Source of the DNA: Callorhinchus milii
Lineage: Eukaryota
DNA length: 64,000 bases
Reading direction: 5' to 3'
Assembly (NCBI RefSeq): GCF_018977255.1
Contig: NW_024704742.1
Span: 72,542,001-72,606,000 of the forward strand
Positions within the stretch are counted from its first letter, which is position 1. Each line of letters opens with the position of its first letter. Positions 27,324 to 39,700 of the stretch are shown here, piece by piece. The notes under the pieces are model-generated. The model was given only the letters and a program-made list of their open reading frames with translations. It did not search any database and was not told where the DNA came from. The position numbers and the translations under genes were made by a program.

Positions 27324-29807
27324 TCCTCAATCTCCTCTACTCTGTCTTACACCGCTCCCCTCTCTGTCTGTCATTAACTTACACCTAGAATTGACCTGGT
27401 CAACCGCTTTTAGGATCACCTCTGCTTGATGTCCCACACCGTTCTGGAGAAGCAGCCAAAAGCTGCTGTAGTAAAATGGCTTGTTTTCTTGAAGATAATA
27501 ATACTTTGCATTTGATGTAGCATCCGTCTTATCACGTCGTTGAGAGTGTCAAAGAGCTTCATAGAATTTACTGTAAAGTGGTTTGACAGTTGTGCCCAGC
27601 AATGTCCCACAAATAGCCATGGAGTGAGTAATTGATCTTATTTGGGGGATTTTTGGTCTGGACACTGGTATAGAGAAACTCCCTTCTCTTTTCGAATACT
27701 GCCATGGGATCTTTAATATCCGCCTGAACAGGCAGACAAGGCCTCGATTAACATCTCATTCGAAGGACGGATGGTTAACTTAAATTTACAGAACTGCCAA
27801 CCCAAAGTCTGTTGGTGCAGTACAGTATTTCTGCCATGGGAGCTGAAGAAGCTTGTTCCTTCTTTCTGCATTTCGGCTGTACACAGGCAGTTTGCCATTT
27901 CACGCAAAACAACAACTTACATTTATATTGCGCCCTTCACTTGGAGTGCTTACAAAGAACAATTCTGGGAATCACTTCCCACCAGGAGGCAACTGGTTGC
28001 GTCCAACAGCTTTTAGCAGTGGATTGCTGTGAGCACTGCAGCAAACCTGACTGTAACACTGACTGTACCTTGACATTCTGCAATATGAACAAGGCAGCAT
28101 GTCTTGTGGTCACTGAGGATCTTGAGGCAGCAAACTGAATGGTGCCCCTTTCAAAACCAGTACCATCATTTCCTGGCTGGTCAAGCTCTCAGCCCTGACA
28201 CAGCAGGGAAGGTTTGTGGGCAGAAAAGGGCACAATTAATGCTTTTGAAACAGTGCAGTGGCCCCACAATTACTGCTTGAAGCAGCTTCATGGAGCCCAC
28301 AGTAGATAGCCAGGGTCAGATCTTCATTGCCAACAGGTTCCTGTTCATCATGCCAAACCCACAATCTTTTTGTCTTTTTGTTCTTCATCGATTGCAGCTT
28401 TGATACAGTTTATGCATATTCGCTACCGCCATTTGGTAGATACAGATGATTGCAATTCCTTTCAAATGATCAAAAGACAGGGGAATATACTGAACCATGA
28501 TTCTGAAGTGGCCTGTTCCTAATGTAGACCTAGAGTGGGAGCTGACACATCCCTTTGGAAATTGGAAAAACTCGGTTCATCTATTAAAGGGCAAAGACGA
28601 ACAGATGTGCCATTTTCCATTCTCCTACGCATTCTTCCACCAGCATGACAGGCAAGAGGCTACCATCTGTTACGAGTCCACAGGAAAATATGAAACTCAC
28701 CTAACTTGGACAGTGTGACTGAACCTGAACAATACATTGACTGCAATCCTCTGGGAAAAAAACATTCTTAAGATCCTTTAAATGAAATAAATAAGCCAAA
28801 GTCATGCTCCAGAAAGGAACATCGTTATCTCATAATTTGCTACACATACCCCAATTCCAGCACACACCTCATATATGCATTCACAACACACACATGGATC
28901 GATATTTTGGACTTCTCCATTCCCAGTAGATAGAACCAACAGTCAGCTATTTGTGTGCAGGAGAAAAATTAGCATGGAGATCTGATTAGAAACTGAGCAG
29001 CGACATATTCTGGACTTTCAGTGAATGTGGAAAGGTTTACTGTTCTGGTGTCAGGGGGTCTGACACTTAGATGAATTCACAAGCGGAGCACTGCAGTATT
29101 CTACAGGCATTTATAAAAGACACTGTAGTGGGTTTAACCAACAATCAGGAGCATGACTTTGTAGTTCAAGTCTGAATCATCAGTCTATCTTGTGAACAAT
29201 TACCACTCAGATTTCGTTTTCACATTTAGTTTTAAGCAAATACATTGGAAGCATTAACATTAATGTAGGTGTAGGACTGTATACACAGTCATTACCATCA
29301 CAGGTCAGCAGCCTTTTCTTTTGGAAAAGTCTTAAAATATTCACGATTCTGCCCACACAGATAATATCCGAGTCTGCAACCCAACATTGAAGCAAACAGA
29401 TTAACATTGTGCTACCACTGCAGGGCATAGAAACGGCATGAGGAGGGAGGAATCTCACAGACTGGGATCTAGTGTGTGTATATATGTGTATATGCATGTG
29501 TGTGGGCGGGGACATAGCCTGGGAGCCACAGATCATGGTTTACTGACTACTGGCACAGAGGAAGGTCCATTGATAACTGGCATTGAATCGAGGCAGACCA
29601 CACATCATTTAATGCATAGGAACAAAATGATATGAAACTATAACTCATTACTCCCTGCTCACTGTTTCATACATAAATTGTAATTTTGGAGAATAGCAGC
29701 AACGGTGCTGTCAGAACAGGTACAAGTCAATAAGTGCCACTCTCCCAGGGTTACCCATACACACAACCATAGAAGCACTGGATCAATACAACAGTTCTTC
29801 CTGCTGT

Positions 29808-31620
29808 ACAACAACAACAATAAAACAACAGAATTTCATTTGTATAGCGCCTTTCTTGTCTGGAGGATGTCCCAAGTGCTGGATAGAGTTTTGGACCTGA
29901 TTTAGGGGTCGGGGTCGGTGGAGGATGGGGGGGAGAAGCACGGAGATTGAAAGCACGGACGAAGAGGAGGGTCTTGAGATTTGTCTTGAAGAAGACAAGG
30001 GAGAGGGCGAGGCAGAGGGACTGTGGGATGGAGTTCCCGACGGTGGGGGCAGAGTGGCAGAAGGCCCACCCGACAATAGTGGGGCGAATGAGGTGGGGCA
30101 TGTGAAGCAGGCCGGAGCCCGCTGAGCAGAGGGAGCGAGCAGGATGGTAGACCATAAGACCATAAGATGTAGGAGCAGGAGTAGGCCATTCAGCCCCTCG
30201 AGCCTGCCCCACCATTTAATAAGATCATGGCTGATCTTCTAACCTAATTCCATTTACCCGCCCTATTCCCATATCCCTTAATCCCTCTATCCTTTAGAAA
30301 TCTATCAACCTCAGTCTTGAATATGTTCAAGGACTGAGCATCCACAGCCTTCTGGGGTAGAGAATTCCGTAAATTCACTACCCTCTGAGTGAAGAAATGT
30401 TTCCTCAACTCAGTTCGAAAAGGCTGACCTTAGTCTTGAGACTATGACCCCTAGTTTTAGATTCTCCAGCCAGGGGAAACTGTCTCACGGCATCTACCCG
30501 GTCAAGACCCTTAAGAATCTTAAAGGTTCCCATAAGATCACCTCTAATTCTTCTATATTCTAGAGAAGATAGGCCTAGTTTACTCAACCTATCCTCATAG
30601 GTCAACCCCCTCATCCCAGGAACCAACCTAGTGAATCTACGCTGCACCCCCTCTAAGGCGAGTATGTCGTTTCTTAAATAAGGAGACCACAACTGCACAC
30701 AATATTCCAGGTGCGGTCTCACCAAGGCCTTATGCAACTGCAGCAAGACTTCCCTACTCTTGTATTCTAACCCTTTTGCAACGAACGCCACATGGCATTA
30801 GCCTTCCTAGTTGCTTGCTGTACCTGATCACTAACTTTTTGTGACTGGTGTACAAGGACACCCAAATCCCTCTGAACACTAACACTACATAGTCTCTCCC
30901 CCTCTAGAAAATAATCCACTTTTCTATTTTAACTATCTAGGTGAATAACTACACACTTCCCCACATTATACTCCATCTGCCACCTTCTTGCCCACTTATC
31001 TAGCCTGTCTATTTCCCTTTGCATTCTTCTTGTGTCATCCTCGCAGCTTACTCTCCCACCTAGCTTCGTATCGTCCTCAATTCAGATATGTTAAGTTCTA
31101 TTTCCTCATTTAAACCATTGATCTAGACAATAAATAATTGAGGTCCAAGCATTGATCCTTGAGCACTCCCTAATGGTAGGGGGTTAGGAGGTCGCAGAAG
31201 TAGGGGGGAGCAAGAACATGGAGGTCTTTGAAGGTGAGGACCAGGATCTTGAACGGTATCCGCTGTACGATGGGAAGCCAGTGGAGTCTGGCGAGGATGG
31301 GGGTGATAGGGTCACGGAGCCTAGTGTGGGAGAGGACCCGGGCTGCAGAGTTCTGGATACTCTGCAGCCTATGAAACGAGGAGTTGGAGAGGCTGACAAG
31401 CAATGAGTTTGCATAGTTGAGCTTCAATGTTATGAAGATGTGTTTGAGTGTTTCATCGGCCTGTGGTGTGAGACAGTGGTGGAGCCGGGCGATGTTACGG
31501 AGGTGGGGGAAGGCAGAGCGGGTCATGGCACGGATGTGGGATATGTGGGATAGTTGAGGGTTAAACAAGACGCCAAGGTTCCGAACTGGCTTAGCAAGGT
31601 GGAGTGTGCAAGGTAAGGTG
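29808..31620 (-). mobile_element. L2 LINE 3' portion, split by a CR1 insertion (29808-30150 and 31173-31620)
   Basis: L2 ORF2 C-terminus (VRNLGVLF, IQNSAARVL, LHWLP) and (TTG)n tail. Confidence 0.9.
30151..31172 (-). mobile_element. CR1 LINE 3' fragment nested in an L2
   Basis: LVRPHLEYCVQLWSPY...LEGVQRRFTR...RIRGDL...TRGHSLK. Tandem tail (tcttatgg). TSD atggtag at 30144-30150 and 31173-31179. Confidence 0.93.
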
Positions 31621-32544
31621 GAGTCTGTAAGGTTCATGCCCCCTCCATACCAAGACAGAAGGTGTTAATAACAACAACAGCTGGGGAATAAAATTGTAGT
31701 TTGACAGTGCTAGAGAGAACAATGTCATTGTAAAAGAAGAATACTAAAGAGAATTACAGTTTGTCAGGTTTACAAGTGATTTGCTTAATGTTGGTATCTG
31801 GTACTTGGTTTCTCATTTCAAATGGGTACTCTCAACAACCGTCATACAAGAGACCCAATAGTTACTAACAGGAAGAACCCCCTCCATTTGTTCTCTCTCA
31901 ATGTGCACTCAATGCTGACTCCCTCCAATAAGTGTCACAACTTTCAGCAGTTTGTCACTACCCAGTTGCATCCAACAGCACCACTGGACCCCACTTTGTT
32001 TCTTACAGAGAAAAACTCTTATTGCTGCCCCCTACGTCCAGGCCCCTAAATAATAATAATTATCCTTGCATTTGATATAGCACCTTATCATCTAGTCGAG
32101 ACGTCTCAAAGCGCTTCACAGAATAAAGCACTCCCTTGGAGCAGAACTCCCATAAGTTCCTTAAATCTCACTCAGACAGTACAGCTCTCCAAGCCAATCT
32201 AGTGTTACAAGGTTATCAGTGTACAAGTAACATACGCTTTACCAGTGCTAGACTGCGTCACACAAGCTCCTGGGCACTGCTTTCTATCCACTGAAAGCTA
32301 TATAGGTTTGAAACCCAAAACAATTCTCTTCATAACCAAAATTCATCAATTGTATAAAAAACCCAGAACACACAACACTATTGCAACAGCATCCATGATC
32401 CCAACAGCATATCAACTAGCCATCTCATTGCTAGTCGTTTGTGTGCCTGGGTTCACAACTGGTATGGAATCATGTCATGCAGTAGCCCATTCAGCAGCTA
32501 CTGTGAAACGTTTATTTCTTCATTGAAATAAAGTCTTTCCCTTA

Positions 32545-32685
<141 letters not shown>

Positions 32686-33157
32686 CTAAAGAGAGGGGAG
32701 AAAACACAGAAAATAAAGCTCAGTACATAACCTCCTAGCAAGTTATATAAACGTATCAAACCATCAACTTGGCAAGGGTAAAAGAATCAGATTTCTAGTT
32801 TGACTGGTGACAAGCTTTTTTTAAAAAAAATTAACTTCTCAATATTGTGTTGTTGTAAGAAACCTGCGGTAAAAATATAAAATAAATCCTTGCATTTGAT
32901 ATAGCACCTTTCACATCAGGAGGAGTTACTAAAAGAGTTACTGTAAAGTGAAGTAACTGTGTATATTGTAGGTGTAAAAGGTTTGATCATGACCATTTTC
33001 TGGTACTTGTGGTCCTATGCAGAGAAAGCCCACCTTGCTCTAGATTTATTCCATTTCTGCAATATTTAAGAGAGTTCAGAATTGAGTAAATTATTCAATT
33101 CGCTCAGTCACAGTGTTTTTCTCCCCAGATCTGCTCTGCTTAATTATTTTTTTTGAT

Positions 33158-33620
33158 CAGCCTGGTGTCTGACACATGTGGAAATCCATCACCATGCTTA
33201 AGAGTATCCAAACCAAACTGAGATTTCAAGAACTCAGGAGCTGGCTCAGACTCAGGAACTGGACTACTGAGACCGTCACAGAGAGCTGGCTCGATTCCGA
33301 CAGTTCCCTGCATCCCACTTCCACATAGAAATCCCAGAGATAGATTGTTGGAATGGAATGCACACCCTCTCCCTCCAGGGACTCATCCTGCTTACCTAAT
33401 TCCAAAAAGTACTAGGCACAGGTTGGCAAGAGCCAAGGCTTGGAGACCCCAGAGTGCATGTTGTGGTAACTGCTGGAGTCCAACCAGCTAAACCCGCATA
33501 GCTTGCCATTGATATTGCTGTCTGGCAAACTTTCCCGCTCCTTGTCCAGCTAGGACCACCCTACCTGTTAGGGCTATGTCTTGATGGTTAACAGGAGCTG
33601 AGTGGGAGGATTTCTTGCCA
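33158..33620 (-). repeat. Unclassified interspersed repeat, copy 1 (copies also at 44796-45152 and 48107-48740)
   Basis: Shared blocks caccatgcttaagagtatccaaacc, gcatagcttgccattgatattgctgtctggcaaactttccc and gttaacaggagctgag. T-tract at the left boundary of each copy. Confidence 0.85.
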
Positions 33621-34109
33621 GGCATGGAATGTTGGAATCGAGCCAACCCGCTGCCTAAATAATGACAGAATGGGGGCAAAGGATAGGAGCAGAGATGCCA
33701 GACATTCAGGTCAATTTCCAGGCTCTATTTATTCCATCAAGAAGGGAGGAATGAATCCCACGGTAATAATGTAATAATAATCATCATCATTATCATATGG
33801 TTCTGCTTATATTGAGATGTTTAAATTCACAGGCTCGGCTGCAATAAAAGCGAACCTGATGTTTGAGCGTCCTAGCATTAAAGGAAGCAATGCCCTGCCA
33901 AAGTTTAAGAGCAGACAAATAGCATTCTTCCAGTCAGAGAATGTTTTCTATTTTCAAGTAATTTTAATTAGAGACACTGCTCTCCAACTCACCATAAAGA
34001 ACACAAGATCCCATCAAGTGTTTCATTTAATGTGCATTAAATTGCGTAATATATTAAGAGTTGAACTGCACACTAGTTTAAAAAGAGTTTAAATTAGCAC
34101 ATTAATGCT

Positions 34110-34640
34110 AACAACAACAACTTGCACTTATATAGCCCCTCCACGCAGGGTAGCATCTCAGAGCACTTAACAGTGGTGGAGCCTGACTCCGAGCTGCGGG
34201 GAAGTGGTCATAAGCACAGTCGAAGAGTAAAGTTTTCAGGCGGGACTTAAAAGAGGGAAGAGAGAGGCAAGATAGAGGGATTGAGGGAGAGTGTTTTAGA
34301 GTTCCGGGCATAGTGGCTGAAAGCGTGACCTCCGAAGGTGGGGCGGAGGGTGCAAGGGACGAGCAGTAGGCCGGTGCCGGTCAAGCGCAAGCGCCAGGTG
34401 GTGGATTGGGGGGTGAGGAGATTGGAGAGGTTGGGAGGTGTCAGGGAGTGAATGGATTTGAGCACAAGTGTGAGAATCTTGAAGTCATTCCGTCCGGTGA
34501 TGGGGAGCCTGTGGAGCCGGGCCAGAACTGGTGAGATGTGGGTTCAGAGATTGGTCCGGGTCAGTATGCGGGCGACAGAGTTTTTCGTGAGCTGGATCTC
34601 ATGAATTGTGGAGCTGGGGAGACCGGAGAGGAGTGAGTTG
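34110..34640 (-). mobile_element. Older L2 3' fragment
   Basis: L2 tail (caacttgcacttatatagc) and degenerate ORF2 C-terminus. Confidence 0.8.
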
Positions 34641-35704
34641 GAGTAATCCAATTTTTCCAATTATTTTTCCAGTTATACTGCTTTAAGTTCAGTAAGTAAC
34701 ATATACAATTTGGACATACTGTATTACATAGAAATAACACAACACAACTAGAGTCTAAGATTACCTGCTTATTTGATTGAGAACACTGCCCTTCAATTCT
34801 GAACCTCAATGTGCAGCCTAAGGTTGGGTAGAAAGTCCACCACAGGGTTTAGATTTATTTGACTGACCTAGCACTTCAGAACATTCAGATTTGGCAGTTT
34901 TAATTTGGAAGCCGGTTTTCTGTAAGTTTCTGTCGAGAAATACAAAACAGAGACTTCAAAGTTAAGATTGAATTCAACAATGTGACAAAATCTGGGAGCT
35001 CTGAAATGTTAAGTCAGTAGAATAAATCTAGATGCAGATGGAACGTGTTTTCTCCTATTTCACAAATGCATGGATTGCTGTGATTGCAGGTACAACCCAG
35101 CTAACCCAAGGGTCAGAGTTGACTGGAAAGTAACATGGAAATTCAATTAAACAAGACAGACACACCCAGTGCACAACACATAGCACATCACACACTAATA
35201 CATTTACTAGATCCTGTGCACTTGCTATGATCAACATCCTGTTTTTTCATGTCAGAACTCCCTGCTCAGGGTACTTGCATTACGTCTGTTGCATTTGTGC
35301 CAGAAACAAACTAAAAGCTTATTTATAACCTAATACCCCTGAACTATAGAAATCATTGTTTGTGTTTGCTGACAGCCATTAACTCTTTAATCTCTATAAA
35401 AGCCACATGCAAACACTTTAAGACGTTTGCTAATACATCAATAGAAATAGCATGTTTTGTTATCTCCTCCCAAGTCCTCTTAAATGTCTGTAGCATGAGC
35501 GCTGTCAACACCTCAAACTGGCATAAACCGAACAAAATATTACAGAGGGATTAAGGACTGGGTGTATAATTACATGGAGATACTCTTATGGGTACAAACT
35601 GTGCCTTAACCTTCCTCGTCAGCAGTGTCAGGATTTTCCATTATAAACAAGGGAGGATTTCAAAGCTACTTATGGGTGGGAAATGGATTCAAACAATCAT
35701 GTAT

Positions 35705-36032
35705 GTGGAGTCCTGTAGCTCACTGGTTAGAGCACTCGCTTTGCAAGCGAGAGACCTGAGTTCAATTCCAGGCAGGGCGAAACCTTGGGCAAGTTTCCTT
35801 ACTCCACACGCCTAATAATAATCCCTCCAAAACCCAAAACAATAATAAAAATTGGTCATTTACAATCTACAACTGTTTGTGGGACATTGCTGTGCGCAAT
35901 TGGCTGCTGCGTTTGCCCACAAATATACAGTCAATTCACTTTACAGTGTGCTCTGTGAAGCGCTTTGGGACGTCCTCCCGACGTGAAAAGCGCTATATCA
36001 AATGCAAGGATTATTATTATTATTATTATTAT
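35705..36032 (+). mobile_element. tRNA-derived SINE, full length
   Basis: Same family: tcctgtagctcactggttagagcactcgctttgcaagc...aaggattattatt. Confidence 0.93.
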
Positions 36033-36194
36033 GAATCGCTGATAAAGCTTAGAAACTGGATGGACAGCTTTGCAAAATTATATACGAACAATCATTATTA
36101 ATTATAATTTCTGCCAGACTGAAATAAAAGTAAAAGCATGTTTGCACTGCAAAAATATTAAGGCAAATTAATTCCGACTACTGCCAAATGCTGC

Positions 36195-36560
36195 CTAGAG
36201 CTGCCTAAAGCCCCTGGAGGGCTTTGAAGGTGAGGACCAGAATCTTGAACTGTATCCTCTGTGTGATGGGAAGCCAGCTGAGTCAGGCGAGGATGGGGGT
36301 GATGGGGTCATGGTGTGGGAGAGGTCACGGGCTGCAGAGTTCTGGATGATCTGCAGCCTATGGAGGGAGGAGCTGGGGAGGCCGACAAGCAGGGAGTTTG
36401 CATGATCGAGCCTAGATGTTATGAATGCGTGTATGAGCGCCTCGGCGGCCTGGTGTGTGAGACAGTGGCAAAGCCGGGTGATGTTGCGGAGGTGGGGAAA
36501 GGCAGAGCAGGTCATGGAACGGATGTGGGGTAGAAAGAATAGTTGAGGGTCAAACAACAT
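36195..36560 (-). mobile_element. L2 internal fragment
   Basis: LIHAFITSRLDHANSLLVGLP...IQNSAAR. Confidence 0.88.
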
Positions 36561-37165
36561 GCCTGCAGTACACTTCTGTTTTTATGTCAATAAATTTAGA
36601 ACCAGCTGCATAAAAGACACTTCTCAGCCTTCTGTTACAGTTTAACTCTTTGCATAAGACATATGAAGTAGGTTTTTGTCACGAGACATCAGAAACAAAA
36701 AAAATCTCAGGCACAGCCATCTAAACAGTTAACGTACTGTAGATATTAAATAATTCAAACCTTCATTCACGCTAAAGAACTTCAATAAATCTGCACAAAA
36801 TAAAACAAACTCATAAATATTGATGGTTTTTCAGATTGCAAGTCTGGCAAAGAATTACCATCACTCAACACATATACCAATGAATAAGTAGGACAAGCTC
36901 TGAAGTAAAAAAAAGCCTGCAGTCTTCAGTACATCTGGATAACTAATCTTCAGAAAATCGGACAAAACATTTGACTGGAATTAGTCAAAGAATACAGGCT
37001 GCAGGTAATTTAATTATTTTTTTTACAGTTACTAATGTGTCTATTTTAACCAGACTAAGTTTAACCATTCAGATACAGATGTACCGTTACAGATGTATCT
37101 AGCTAAAAGCAGAATCTAGGTGGAATTAAAAAAGATCCATATTTCCAACACATAAACGCTGAGAT

Positions 37166-37530
37166 CAGTGGTGGAGCCAGTGAGGGGTCGCGGGGGGGCT
37201 CATGAACCCCGCCGCCCCTTCCAAAATTAATTTTGAGATTGGTCAATTTTGTATGTCAGTCATCCCAAACTGACTGCAAATAATTTACTTACTTTTAAAT
37301 TCCCGATTGCGTTGCTGTTTTGAATCTGACACAAATGGCAGGGTGGCATTGGAGGGCATCATCGAGGCTATGCTGTGCGTGCAGCCGCGAAGCATTAGCT
37401 CTCCGGTCCACCTCCGTTTCCTTAGAAACAGAGGCAGAGTTAGGAGGAGGAGGAGACAGAGGGGTGGAGCCAAGTTGGCCAAATCTTTACTCCGACCCTC
37501 TTCAATCCTTCAACCTTAGCTCCGGCACTG
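37166..37530. mobile_element. Non-autonomous DNA transposon (hAT-like MITE)
   Basis: TIRs cagtggtggagc / gctccggcactg (10/12 match). 8-bp flanks gctgagat / actgaagt match 5/8. GC-rich relative to flanks. Confidence 0.6.
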
Positions 37531-38249
37531 ACTGAAGTCAATGATGGACCCAATATTCAGACCCTATTGTTATTAATTTGAATGGGAGAGAAAAAAGAGG
37601 TTGAAACATTACCGTTCCATTTTAATCTCAATGAATATTTTCACCACCACTTACAGAGAATGGTTTATGATGGCTAAGAACATGTCATCCTGATTGATGG
37701 CCATTCGCTCACTCCCTCCCACCGATCCCCTCCCCATCTATTCCAGACCCCAAATAATTTTTCCACAATGTTCCAATCCCATTACAGGAACAGAGGTGCT
37801 CCATGCAAGCTCCTGATACAACTAGAAACTCTCACCCACTTTGTTTAAAGTGTTACAATCGTTGCTGAAGATTTGCAGAAACATGTTGAGACTTGCTCTG
37901 AAAATTTCACTCTGACCTTGGATTGCAGCGTTTTCACTGGAATCATCTCAGTGCAAATTGGCTGCTGCGTTCGCCTACAAATACAATTACTTTACAGCAA
38001 TTCCCAGTGAAACACTTTGAGATGTTTAGACGCTATAGGTGCTGCATCGAATGCAAGGATTACCTTATCATTCTAAGTTCATTATTCCATTTTACACACG
38101 ATTACATTAAGCAGAGCTTTACAGCAATTACTTTGAAGAAGTCAGTCATCACACACATTATCATTACAAGCCATAAAAGAAGCCTTTAATGCAAGATGTT
38201 CATAAATGACATGGCAATCTTCTACGAGATAATCACTAGCCACACTTAC

Positions 38250-38395
38250 TTTCTTGATATCATCTAAGGTGTTAACCTCAGGAGAAAGGCCTCCATGTAC
38301 ACACAGGAACTGTTGGTTCATCAGTGCAGCCAATGGAAGGCAGTCAAAGGCATCCATGCACGCATCATATATTCGTTCTGAATATTTAATTTTAC
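38250..38395 (-). CDS. PPP3CA: Calcineurin A exon 5 homolog (146 bp): (C)[48 protein letters not shown]
   Basis: HGGLSP motif. Acceptor ttctcttcgaaag| and donor |gtaagt. Phase fits exons 4 and 6. Confidence 0.97.
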
Positions 38396-39262
38396 CTTTC
38401 GAAGAGAAACAAACATGCATTTTGTCAAAATTTCAGGAAGGAAACCATACATGCTCAGCAAAAAATAATTCACAAATATTGCAATTCAACAACACTGTTT
38501 TGGATCATGCACTTTGGATCTTAACATTTGCTGCAGGTTGGACCCCATAATTCTTGTTGCTCGGTTTCAAAGTGCAGTATTTTATCAAATATTCAGTGCA
38601 AGTGACAAAATATGCAGCTGCATAGTGAGGAGAAACAACCACAAATAGTACAATATAATTCTTTCAGTGGCTGAACCAAACCAGCGCTTTGGGACGTTCT
38701 TCCGACTTGAAAGACACTCTATAAATATAATTTTGATGTTGTTGTTGTTGATGTATGAGTGCCCAAATAAAAAAAACAGACACCATAAATAATCTTCATT
38801 GTCTTCAAACAATAGCTTCAACATCTTCAACAATGAAAAATTGCTGAGGACATGTGAACTCCTTCATTTCAGCATTTAATGCTGTGAACTTTGGAGCAAA
38901 TTCAGCCGAACCCAGCAGTTTATCAGAGTTGTTCTGCCTGTTACTCGCTGCATTTTTGGAGTGTCTCTGACAATTGGCATTGCACAACCCACTGAGCCAC
39001 TTTCAATGGAGAAATAAGCAAGGCAGTCAATGCTGAGGCTGCGCACGTGATAAACAGCCCAATCTTTTTTGTGTGGCACTGAAAGTTAGTTTAACCGGGT
39101 AGAGTAACAGATGACTATTGAAACGTCTAGTTATTTCATTACCTATTTGATACCAGATTAAATGTACACGATGTACAATGGTTGGTAGCTGTACAAATTG
39201 CTGCAATTGTGCAAGGACCATTCATATTGTAGGTAGGTATTTGTGAGATTCCTTTTAGTTAA

Positions 39263-39518
39263 AACAAAATGCAAAATACTGCAGATGCTGGAAATCTGAA
39301 ACAAAAACAGAAGATGGTGGGAACACTCAGCAGATCAGGCAGCATCTATGGAGAAAGGAAAGTGAGTCAATATTTCGGGTTCACGACCCTTCGTCAGGAC
39401 TCAACTTCGACAGACCATTCTGACAAAGGGTCGTGGACCTGAAATGTTGACTCACCTTTCCTTTTCCATACATACTGCCTGACCTGCTGATTGTTCCCAA
39501 CGACTTCTGTTTTCTACT
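39263..39518. mobile_element. Palindromic Penelope-like-derived short element with about 94-bp inverted arms
   Basis: Arms 39304-39397 and 39420-39513 are imperfect reverse complements around a 22-nt spacer. Flanked by direct repeat ttttagttaa (39253-39262, 39519-39528). Confidence 0.75.
39363..39403 (-). ncRNA. Minimal type-I hammerhead ribozyme motif
   Basis: Minus strand reads UGAGUC-CUGACGA-A-GGGU-CGUGA-ACCC-GAAA-UAUU-GACUCA. This gives stem I (6 bp), conserved core, stem II (4 bp) and palindromic AAUAUU in place of stem III. Confidence 0.6.
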
Positions 39519-39700
39519 TTTTAGTTAATTCATTCGCATCCACATGTTAATTAATGTAAGCACTTTCATCTTTCCTGTTCTTTTTAAGAAAAATGTACAT
39601 GGTTTCCAGTCACGACACACAAGCTGTATAACTGCTGCAAACAGTACATCTCGCAAATAAATGTTTCTTGTGGGGGCTGAGGGTAGAATGTCTTACTCAC

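Noticed and set aside
35705..35775. tRNA-Ala(TGC)-like gene, and similar heads in other copies
   Set aside because: Continues directly into a SINE body and tail and lacks a proper acceptor stem. It is a SINE head, not a tRNA gene.
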